The notes beneath the pieces were generated by a model. It did no database searches and was not told the DNA's origin. It saw only the letters and a list, made by a program, of their open reading frames with translations. Below, piece after piece: positions 42,701 through 54,700 of a stretch of 64,000 bases of DNA (position 1 is the stretch's first letter; each line of letters begins with the position of its first letter). The position numbers and the translations under genes are program-made. Source of the stretch: Phoronis australis (lineage: Eukaryota > Animalia > Phoronida); assembly GCA_002633005.1 (NCBI GenBank), contig NMRA01000214.1, positions 23,336 through 87,335 on the forward strand. The letters run 5' to 3'.

Positions 42701-45700
42701 TGTTAACCCTTATTACATGGTTAGAAGATGTTATAAGGATCCAAGAAGTACCTACCCCATAACTAATACACGATCCGTACTCGAAAATAGTTTAAATGAA
42801 CGCGCCACTCACGATTCGCACCCGAAGAAACACCGCCATTTTGAACTTGCCGCGAACCCGGAAGTACAATTCATTCAGGAACTCAGGCCGAGAAAACGCC
42901 GTCAGTGCGACTGGAGCAGTGCCTGTACTGTTACCAGCCAGCAAACGGGGATAAAAAATCGACAGCGCGCCTTAATTTTGATAAAATCAAACTACGGACA
43001 ATTTTATGGAATTTGCTGAAGAAATGTGGCGAATAAATTTTGACAGAAATTATTTTGCNNNNNNNNNNNNNNNNNNNNNNNNNNNNNNNNNNNNNNNNNN
43101 NNNNNNNNNNNNNNNNNNNNNNNNNNNNNNNNNNNNNNNNNNNNNNNNNNNNNNNNNNNNNNNNNNNNNNNNNNNNNNNNNNNNNNNNNNNNNNNNNNNN
43201 NNNNNNNNNNNNNNNNNNNNNNNNNNNNNNNNNNNNNNNNNNNNNNNNNNNNNNNNNNNNNNNNNNNNNNNNNNNNNNNNNNNNNNNNNNNNNNNNNNNN
43301 NNNNNNNNNNNNNNNNNNNNNNNNNNNNNNNNNNNNNNNNNNNNNNNNNNNNNNNNNNNNNNNNNNNNNNNNNNNNNNNNNNNNNNNNNNNNNNNNNNNN
43401 NNNNNNNNNNNNNNNNNNNNNNNNNNNNNNNNNNNNNNNNNNNNNNNNNNNNNNNNNNNNNNNNNNNNNNNNNNNNNNNNNNNNNNNNNNNNNNNNNNNN
43501 NNNNNNNNNNNNNNNNNNNNNNNNNNNNNNNNNNNNNNNNNNNNNNNNNNNNNNNNNNNNNNNNNNNNNNNNNNNNNNNNNNNNNNNNNNNNNNNNNNNN
43601 NNNNNNNNNNNNNNNNNNNNNNNNNNNNNNNNNNNNNNNNNNNNNNNNNNNNNNNNNNNNNNNNNNNNNNNNNNNNNNNNNNNNNNNNNNNNNNNNNNNN
43701 NNNNNNNNNNNNNNNNNNNNNNNNNNNNNNNNNNNNNNNNNNNNNNNNNNNNNNNNNNNNNNNNNNNNNNNNNNNNNNNNNNNNNNNNNNNNNNNNNNNN
43801 NNNNNNNNNNNNNNNNNNNNNNNNNNNNNNNNNNNNNNNAACGAATCACGATATATTACTAATAAAACAAAATAATGAAGACTTTTCGAGCAAGCCATAG
43901 CACATTCAGTTACAAGGAAAAAATGGCGGCGTTCAGGACAAGTTCCTGAACTGATGAGCCGGAAATGTGGGTACGGAAATAACCGATGACAACTGGTAAT
44001 CATACGCTCAGAGAGAAGGGTCAAATACTGTTACAAAATCGCTTTTGGCAAGAAAGGCGAAAAGAATATAAAGAAAGGGTGCTGAAAATAAGAATTTATG
44101 TAGTAAGTATTTTCGGATACTGGAACCACATGGGCAGTTTGCAACAAGGACTTTAACCTCGTTTTTCCCGAGAAAACCATTTTTACAAAGAGAGAACATT
44201 CACCAGAAGACTTGGTGTTCAATAAGAAGGTCAGCGATTCAATGAAGTTAGTCCACGGTCATAACAGTGTCGGTTTACCGTTTGTGACCAAAACACGGTG
44301 TTACCCATTAACCAGAGTCAAGCGTTACAGTGGTTGAAATACCTACGAAGAAAACTAGAATCTGACCACAAGTTCTACACAGAGTACATAGACTTTAGGA
44401 AGAAAATCATCGATGCAGGTTATTCCGCTTGGTATCACGGTGTCTCGGTAAATGGTACACTTTTACAAGGTCCCAACCTGACAAATGATTTGATGTCTGT
44501 TTTTCTGAGGTTTCGTCAGGAACCATTTTCAGTGACTGGTGACGTCGAGTCGATGTTTTATCGCGCCTGAAGAATGAGACTCGTTACGTTTCTTCTGGTG
44601 GCCGTATGATGACTTAACAAGGGAGCCAGAGACTTATAGAATGACTCTACATCTTTTTGGGGCGTCATCATAACCAGCATGTGCTGATACTGCGCTTCGT
44701 CAGGCAGCAATCGACCATGGTCTTAAGTTTGCCCGACAGTGTATTCAACAATTTCTATGTCGACGACAGTTTATGTGCAGTTGAGTCAGTATCAAGTGGT
44801 ATTTCTCTTGTAAGAGATTTGTCAAGTCTATGCAGCATGGGTGGTTTCCGACTTACTATGTGGTCCAGCAACAGCAAAGAAATCATTGCATCTATTCCTC
44901 ATGCGGAGAGATCTAAGGACATGATACAGATCGCAGTGTGATTCATGTGGAGCTAACACTGGAAGTTGTGTAGCGACCTGAATCGGACTGTTTTGGTTTT
45001 GTGTTGAGTCTCCCCGACAGGCCTACTACAAGACGCAGTGCCTTGTCCACATGATCCCTTAGGATTACGTCTTCTATGGTACTTCCGGCAAAGATTCTTC
45101 TTCGGTCACTCACGAAACAGAATATTGGGTGGGATGAGCCCATACCAGAGTCAGGTAAGAAAATGTTGCATGATTGGCTTCAACTATCTCTGCTATTGCG
45201 AGGTTAGAGGTTAATCGAAGTGTCAACCCCCATGGTTTTGGGGTAAAGTCTCTTCAGCTGCATGTATTCTGTGATGTAAGAAACTCTGAATATGACGTGG
45301 CTATTTACACTCGTCTTCTAGATTCGGCAGATAAAGTTTTCTGCAGTCTGTTAATGGCCAAGGCTCGTGTAGCGCCGTTGAAGAAGTTAACTACTCCCAG
45401 AATGGAGCTTACAGCTGTACTGCAACTATGGCTGTGAAGCTTGCTACCATGGTGGTTAAGGCAGTTGACTATGAGTTTTAAGATGTGTACTACTGAATCG
45501 ATAACACGTCTGTGTTAAAGTACATTCAGACAATTCCAATATCTCAGTGATGTTTTTGGAAAAGATGGAGGCATGAATATTTGAGTTCGTTGCAAGAGCG
45601 CCAGAAATGGCAACAACCCAGTCATAACATCACAGTTTGTGATATAGTACTCATTGCTGATAACTGTCCCAGGAACCACTGGCTTATGGGTTTTATTACT

Positions 45701-48700
45701 GAAGTGAAAGGTGACAAGAAAGGGTTTGTACATGTACGTATCACCATCGTCAAGACTGCCACACCCTCGCATGAGCGCCCAATCGCAAAGTTGTGCACTT
45801 TACTGGAGAATGATTCTTGAGTTATATTAACGAGACCTGTTGACTCATGTGGAGTTGTGTGTTAAGAAGCAGAATAATCTCCTTGATCGTTTGAAAGCCT
45901 TTCTGAGTTTTTTCACGTGCATCGTTTACTCTGAATGCTTTGTACGAAAGCGTCAAATTGGAAGTCCCATAATGACGCTTACACGCATTCCGTTTACTAG
46001 TCTCGTGAACTGATTAGATAAAAAGAATCCTATCACGTTTTCGAATATTTTGGGAATTAATTTGGGGATACCGTTCTTTCTTTCAAACTGGTGACTGCTT
46101 TTATGTCCATAGAGTTGGATGGCAAATGATTGATTTCACTGCTCATGTGGTGCCCTCGCTCTCTGCAAAATGTTGAAGGACCATCACATGGACTGTCGTG
46201 CTGGTGTGTCTCGTTCACTTTGCATGCCTTGTACGATGACGCCAAATTGCAAATTCCGTTGCATTCCGTTTCCTTGTCTCCTGAATTGATTAAATAAGTA
46301 GAATTCTATAGCGGTATCGAATATTACGAGATTGATTTCGTGAGATTAAAAGGCCTAACCTGGATTACGTTTCCCGTCAGGTGATCAACATGAAAAGCAG
46401 CTTTCTGAATTTTGCTTCTAAACATGTCAAATAGAAATACTGTAGTACTTACAAAGAACATTGAGTTTCACAAAACGCTGAATCCAAATTGAGCCTCTAG
46501 GTGGAGAACGAATAGCGCGACACACAACAGTAACTTGGTTCCACGTTGGAGTAACGTCAATAGATGAGTTTAGTTGAAACCTTCCGTTGACATTTAATAT
46601 ATGACTTGTTGCACCATGTGACCACGTCATGTTAACGTAAGGGTTTACACTATCCGTTTCACAAGTCAGTGCAAGTGATGTATTCGTGAGAACGTTGTGT
46701 TCTGTTTCTGTCACAATCCCGCGTGGGGTTTTTATTGTCAATCTTCTTGGACCGTCTGTAATTACCATAAAAAGCACATGGATGTCTTCGTGACAGTATA
46801 TTCAAGGAAAACTAAACTGCGACGGGATTGTTGATTTCACCTGATGGCTTCACGCACATGTTTCAAAGTGTAACTCTCGACATCAGAGCCGTCAAAACTC
46901 AAGCTTCCAAAGGACAGGCCTTGGAAACCCAACAACCTCCAGCGCTCGTGCTAACAGATACAGCATTAGGCCAAAAACATAGTTATCATATATCTTACTT
47001 TGTGTCTCCGTCATTAATTGCCCCCAATGATTCCCAGTCAGGTGTAACGTAGTAAATCTATTCAGCTGTTACACAAGCCTGGCAACCACTGAGGTAAATC
47101 GCAGTTACAGTGCAATTTTCATAGGCGGATTTCAGGGAGAGAGGCCACCTCCCCCCTTGGCTGCCGGAAAAATAATAAAGCAGCCAGGTCGTGAGGAAAT
47201 AATGAGTTCATTTAATAACCCTGGTAATTAGTATGCGGTTGAAGCAAGATTTGACAATGTGTGCAGTTTCAGTTTGTGTGTGCGTGTGCGTTGTGTGCTT
47301 ATGGGGCTTAGGCCCGATTGCAATCGGTTTCCCGTTTTTTTAGTCGTGAACACTCTCAGAAATTTCATCGAGCACCCCCCTCCCCCTATGTTTTAGGCTG
47401 GGTGCGCCCGCGCAATAGTGTTTTGCGTAATTCCCCGAGACAAAATGTTCCCCCACCCTTGTGATATCCTAGATCCGCCTCTGAATTCTAAAGTAAGCAA
47501 AGATTGTACAAACATGGCAGAACGGTTCATCATCGCAGGACAAAAAAGAGCCAAAATTTATTTTGGCTCAGATTCTCTAATAACTCCTTAATAATTAAAA
47601 TATCAGAGATTACTTGCCATTATAGTTCGTTCTTGTACTTGTAGTTCCAATACTCACATGCTACATGTACGTGAAATTGCCGCGTAACCGTGAAATTAGT
47701 GGCGCTGGCCACTACGAAACATTTTGCTGTGGCTGAGTTCATACGTCTTCCAGCAGTGAAGGTAAGATTTCTCTTGTAGAAAAAACCGCCGTTGACACCA
47801 TTGGTCACCTCTAATTTCGACAAGAATCCAGTCATAGCCCAATCCCACCTTAAAGAAGCGTTAGGAAAGACAAGGTCGGTTGCACATTGAATGGTGTAGG
47901 TTACATTCTCCACTGTTGAGAATGAGCCATCTGTGTCGCCGAAAGAGCCACGCTGCTCACTTAGGTCGGAGATATATAGTGTTGTAGGCCCATCTGCAAT
48001 GTCAAGACTGCAAGTCAATTCTCAATATTAGCAGTCAGTTCTTAGGTTAGTTCTTATATGCTGGTCCGCCTTGATCATTGTCCATTCCTTGGGCGACAAT
48101 GCCAAATTCCCAATTCCAAAAAGGCGCTCCCACACATACCGTTTACTTGTCTCGTGAATTCATTAGGTAGATACAATCCTTTCACGGTATCGAGTAGTAC
48201 AAGATCATTTTCATGAGATCAAAACCCCTAACTTGAATTACGTTTTCTATCAGGTGATCGAGATGAAGGGCACCTTTTATAATTTCGTTCCAAAAAACTG
48301 AAACGAAGAGGTATACTTTTTTATAACATTGAGTTTCATAAAACGCTGAATCCATGTAAACTCTCGGTTGAGAACGAATAGTGCGACACACGATAGTAAC
48401 TTAGTTCCACATCGGAGTGACGTCAATAGATGTGTTTAGTTGAAAACTTCGGGAAACATTCACGTTTAATGTGCAACTTGTTGCACCATATAACCACTTC
48501 ATGTTAACGTTGTCCCTTTCACAAGTCAGTACAAGTGACGTATTCGTTTTGTGCTGTTTCTGTGATAACCGCGAGTGGTGTTTTTATTGTTAATGTGTTG
48601 GGTCATTTTTAATTTCCATAAAAATCTTATGGGTGTTTTAGTGTCATCATATTTGAGAAAAACAAAAATCGGACGGATTTGTCGATTTCACCTCATGGTT

Positions 48701-51700
48701 TCACCCTCATGTTCAAAGGTGTAAAACTGACCCCGGAGTCTAATCTTCGTACTCGAAACCGCGAACTTGAAAATATTTTGAGAAATTTCTTTGCTATTTT
48801 GTGCAAAATCAAGATAAGTGGTTTTTAGACTGTGCTCGAATACATTAGAGTTGATAGATATAAGTTTCTAGTCCGGGTTTGCACTTGGTTACCCTTATAT
48901 TCCTGGTACAAACTTGAATAAAAACTTGAAATTTCGAGTTCAAATTAGAAATTTTAGCCTTAATGTTTGTCAGAATAAATATTGATTACGTAATTAGTAA
49001 GAATAGATCCATTTTAAGTTGCCCAAAATTTGTGCACATGTACTTTAAAATCATGGGGTCAAACTTGGTGACATGTTCTTTAATGTCAAAATCTATTTTT
49101 AGATGGTGTTTACAACTTTGGGTTCTGGGATCAAAGCACTCTAGAGATTCTAGAAATTTCAGAGAACCAATCGTAACAGACAACGGTATGATTAGATAAG
49201 ATTATGTGGTTTTTATTACCCAATCAAGTACGATATCATAATATGGGCTAAAATCAAGAAGATATTCGGATGCGCTAGTAATTGAAGCATAAAGACTTGC
49301 TGATGTGTACAGAGGAAATTGTACGACAGAGCCATCTCGTGGAAGATTCTAGAGAGGATCTTCGCATGGGCAAGGGTTAAAGAACAGGAAGTTAACTAAG
49401 ATCTTGTCACTTGCATCGTGGGTAGTAATATACTGCCTGAAGTGTTGCGTCACCAGAGATTGTGAGCAGCATGAAGAATGGTGGGTGGAAGAAACTGCCT
49501 ACAAGAGTTGTGTGACCAGATACTGTGACCAGCAAGTACACTGTTGCGATACAGTGTTTGTAGTTCGAAGATTCACCAACAGGACAGTCATCCAACAAGT
49601 GGAGAGTCCTAGCTTGGACAGCATATAAGACATTTGATTATTTTGATTGATTCAAGAAATCTTTAAAGAGGGCGCTAGCGTAGTTACTCTTCTTTGTAGT
49701 TGATTACTTAATTACAGGTTTCACTCGTCTAATTAGTGGTTATCATATAACAAATTAATTACTGGATTTCATTACTCCCTCTCCATCTATGCAGAGCATA
49801 GCTACCTTTTAAACAAACCCAGTCAATCTCTGACAGTTTGGTTTGTCATCTGCAAAGTAGGACTAAAAATAATCCATGTACGTCATTGTGTACTCGTGCA
49901 TGGAATAATAGCCACTTATCTTGAGTTTGCGCAAAAGTAGAGTAGAAAATGACAAAAAAATTCGAGTTCCATTTCCAGTAAAAAGATTAGAACCCGGACC
50001 CAGTACCTCAGAGGCCTCCAAAACTCGAGCCTCCAAAGGATTGACCTTGAAAACCAACAACATCCAGTACTTCCTCTAATGTTTACAGGTAAATGTACCT
50101 TATTGGGACAAAATCCCGGTTATTGATTGTGTTATATTGAGCTTTTGTCATAATTGTCTCCAATGATTCCAAACCACATGTAATCCAGCAAATCTGTTCA
50201 ACTGTTACCACTTGGTTTTACATAGGACTACTAAACACTGAAAAGGAAAACTTTTTTTAAAGTGCAATTCTAAAATTAGCATAAGATTGTACTGACACCT
50301 TAATGGCAAAACGGTTCATAACCGCAAGTTAACCAAGTGTGTGACGTACGTCACGAACTATTTGGACTGTCCGTGGGTATATACAATTCAAATGCATATG
50401 TGTATATGTAGCGCACAGAAATTACTTTCAATAATTCTTGCTTCATTAAATTTGAATTAGTGCCAGAATCCAGTTTCATCAAACACGCTCGCATTTTAAT
50501 GTCAGTGCCAAATTTATTTTTTCCTCAGATTCTCCAATAACTCCTTTAAAATGTACAATTTCAGTGCTTGCTAGCCATCATACTGTAGTTTTTTCCTGTT
50601 GTACCAATACTCACATGCTACATTTACTTGAAATTGTCGCGTAACCGTGGAATTAGTTGCGCTGGCCACTGCCAAACATTTTGCTACAGCTAAATTCATA
50701 TGTCTTCCAGCAGTGAAGGTAAGATTTGTCTTGTAAACAAAGCCGCCGTCGACACTTTTGGTCACTTCGAGTTTCGACAAAACTGCAGCCATAGGCCAAT
50801 CCCATCTTAAAGTAGCTTTAGGATATACACTGTCGGTTGTGCATTGAATAGTGTGTGTTACATTCTCCACGGTTGAGAACGAGCTTTCTGTGTCGTCGAA
50901 AAATCCCCGCTGCTCACTTAAGTCAGATATGTACAGTGTTGTAGGTCCATCTGGAATGTCAAGATGGGAAGTCGATTCTAAATATTAGCAGTCAGTTCCT
51001 ACGCTCTATCACTAAGTCATCGATGCGCAAGTGTGACAATGGTGCCCCACGGTGAGATTTAATGCTTTTGGGTGATCTTGAAAACTTGTGGGGTAGCGTT
51101 CTTCCTTTCAAACTGTTGACTGCTTTTTAATCCACAAAGTTCGGAAACGAATAATTAATTTCACTGAACATAAGGCGGGCCTCGCTATCCGCAAAACTGT
51201 CAAGAACTGGCAAATGCATTGTCGTGCTGGTGGGCCTCGCTATCCGCAAAACTGTCAAGAACTGGCACATGCATTGTCGTGCTGGTGGGCCTCGTTCACT
51301 TTCCATGCCCTGTACGAAAATGTTAAACTGCGAATTCAAAGTGGCGCTTATACGCATTCCGTTCACTTGGTTCATGAAATGGTTAGCTAAATATAATGCT
51401 TTCACGGTATGGAATGTTACAAAATCGATTTCGTGAGATTAAAAGGCCTTACTTGAACTACGTTTTCGGTCTGGTGATTGAGATGAAGAGCACCTTACAT
51501 AATTTTGCTACATATCACGTAGAAGGAGAGATATCGCAATTCTTCATTGAGTTTCATAAAACGCTGAATCCGTGTGATAACCCCGAGTGGTGTTTCAATT
51601 CTCTTTGTTTTGGACCGCTTTTAATTTCTGTAAAAATCAAATGGGTGTTTTCGCGTCATCATATTTCAGAAAAACAAAAGTCGGACGGAATTGTCGCTTT

Positions 51701-54700
51701 TACCTCATGGCTTCCTTCATATGTTCAAAGTGTAAATGTGGACCTCAGGGGCCTCCAAAACTGAAGCGTCTAAATAACAGACCTCGGAAGCCCAGCAACA
51801 TCTAATGCTTGCGCTAATGTTTGCAGGTACTTTTTTATTTCAAAACTTCAGTAATTGGATGACCGTGTCGTTTTGCCCCTTTGACGTAATTGCCTCCAAT
51901 GATTCCCAACCACGTGTAATTCAGTAATTATGTTATACTGTAAACATTTGCCTTTACACAACACTAATAAAGACTGTAAAAGTAAACTATTGTTAAAGTG
52001 CAATTCTAATAAACGCATATGATTGTACTGACAACTTAATGGACAAAACCGTTCATAACCGCAGAATAGACAAGTCTATGACGTACATGTACGTCACGAG
52101 CTCTTTGGACTGACCGTGGGTGTACAAAAAGCACATGTATATTTGTAGCGCACAGAAATGACTTTCAACAGTTTTCGTTTAATAGCAATTTAGCGCAATG
52201 ACATTAAGCCACAGAATGCGACCCAGAATCCAGTTTCATCAAACACGCTCGCATTCCAATATCAACGCCAATTTTTTTCCTCGGATTCTCCAATAACTGC
52301 TTAATAATGTAAAGTCTCAGTGCTCACTAGCCACCAAAGCTCGTTCCAATGTTATCAACACTCACATGCTACATTTACTTGAAATTGTCGTGTAACCGTG
52401 GAATTAGTTGCGCTGGCCACTGCCAAACATTTTGCTACAGCTAAATTCATATGTCTTCCAGCAGTGAAGGTAAGATTTGTCTTGTAAACAAAGCCGCCGT
52501 CGACACTTTTGGTCACTTCGAGTTTCGACAAAACTGCAGCCATAGGCCAATCCCATCTTAAAGTAGCTTTAGGATATACACTGTCGGTTGTGCATTGAAT
52601 AGTGTGTGTTACATTCTCCACGGTTGAGAACGAGCTTTCTGTGTCGTCGAAAAATCCCCGCTGCTCACTTAAGTCAGATATGTACAGTGTTGTAGGTCCA
52701 TCTGGAATGTCAAGATGGGAAGTCGACATTAGCAGTCAGTTGCTACGCTCTATCACTAAGTCATCGATGCCTAGATGTGGCAATGTTACACCACAATTAG
52801 ATTTGATGCATTTGGATGGTTAATAACTTTCGTGGGGTATCCTTTCTTTCAATGTTGACTGCTTTTTATCCACAGAGTTTGGCAGCGAAGAATTGATTTC
52901 ATTACACTGATAGCAGCCCTCGCTATCTGCAAAACTGTGAAGGACTGGCACATGGATTGTCGCGCTAGTGGGCCTCGTTCACTTTCCATGCCATCTATAA
53001 AAATGTTACATTAAAAGTTCCAAAATGACGCTTATACGCATTCCGCTCACTTGGGTCGTGAATTGGTTAGTTAGATATAATCCTTTGAAGGTATTGAATA
53101 CTGCGAGACCGATTTCGTGTGATTAAAAGGCTTAACTTGAATTACATTTTCCGTCAGTTGATCGACATGTGATGCAGCTTTCATAAGTTTTGCTCCAAAT
53201 CACGTAATAGGAGAGATGTCATGTTTTTCAAAAAGCATTGAGTTTCACAATACGCTGAATCCAGGTTGAGCACATCGGTAGAAAACGAATAGCGAGACAC
53301 AACAGTAACTTGGTTCAACATCAGGGGGACGTCAATAGAAGACTTTAGTTGAAACCTTCTTTTGACGTTTAATATGCGACTTCTTGCATATTGTGAACGA
53401 TTCATGTTAACGTTAGGACCCACACTATCGGTTTCACAAGTCAATACAAGTGATGTATTCTTGTGAACGTAGTGTTCTGATTCTGTCACAATCCCGTGTG
53501 GTGTGTTTATTGTCAACTCAATGTTCTCGGACCGTCTCTAATTTCTGTAAAAACACACGGGTGTCTTCTTGTGAGCTTATTAAATCAAAACCAATCTGTA
53601 CCGAAAATGCAATTTTGCCCCAGACTACCTCGATTTGACACAAATATTCAAAAATGCACTGGAGGCATCGGAAACAAAAAACGCAAAGTTGCAGGCTGCG
53701 CTTAACTTTACAGGTATTAGCACGAGTGAGAAACAACATGACAACCGTTCTTCCAAGCCGGACAGACTCCCCACAAAACAGGACCTACGGTGATCAAACT
53801 GGACCGCCGCACCAGAAAATGGGATCGACTCACCTAAAAAACATGACCGCCCCATCACGAAACAGGACCGAGAGAGGCTGAACATAGCCGCCGGAGTTGA
53901 AACTTGACCGCAATGACAAGTACTCTGTTTTAGGACGGGCGTAGGCCTGCACAGATGATACAATGGGGCTATTTACTCACGAAGATAAATCCACTGAAAT
54001 GTCTTGTGCGCTACAGGACATCCCATACTGGTCACTTCGCTTTGTAAAATGCAACGCTTTCGAGCTTTAACTTCACGAAGATTATTCATTATGAGAATCT
54101 GTAGACCCGCTGTCATAACTTACATTAATTTTTCGAGTCTTCATGAACCAAGAAAAGCTAACGACAATAAGCTATTCACAGATTTTCAAATACCAAAATA
54201 TCCCTAAGGCCCGCTTATGCGAGACCCTATCGCGTGTTTTTTCTGAAATCAGGGTAACTTAATTCCGCCATAGACTTTTTTAAAAGTCACCAGTATTTAT
54301 ATTATTTTTCTATTACCCGCATTGAGAGTTTTCATGGTTATGTTATTTTGGAATTAAAGCGATTCCCCACAGTGTGTACCAAGATTGTATGTACATGTAC
54401 CTGTGCACCACGCACAATGTAGTGTCTTAAATTTATGGCTGTAGCAATAAGTCTAGGTTAGTATTGTTTTGCCTTTCGTATTGGATGAAACAAAAGAAGG
54501 AAAGTAACATCGATAGCAATACGTTTGATTTACATGTTCAAGATGAAATGCTATTAGTGTTTTCCGAATTACCACTTCATTTCCGTTTCACGTAACTTCT
54601 GTTTTTTATGAAAACCATAAAAGTCCGATGTTTATAGCCTTCAATAAAAAGTGGTACATTTTAAAAACAATCCCTGTTAACATAGAGAATAATTATGAGA

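Larger units (their letters stand above)
40615..45915 (+). mobile_element. Decayed BEL/Pao LTR retrotransposon, antisense to the host gene
   Basis: Gag Cys/His knuckle CFGCLKHGH...CSKCGKLHPTILH, protease FLDPGSNITF, RT LLQGPNLTN...LRFRQ...GDVESMF and NFYVDD, RNase H LHVFCD...KARVAP...PRMEL, C-terminal LQERQKW. Many stops and frameshifts, integrase core deleted. Host intron sequence resumes near 45916. Confidence 0.92.

Noticed and set aside
43004-44024. Four 280-324 aa ORFs
   Set aside because: Artefacts of translating the N gap.
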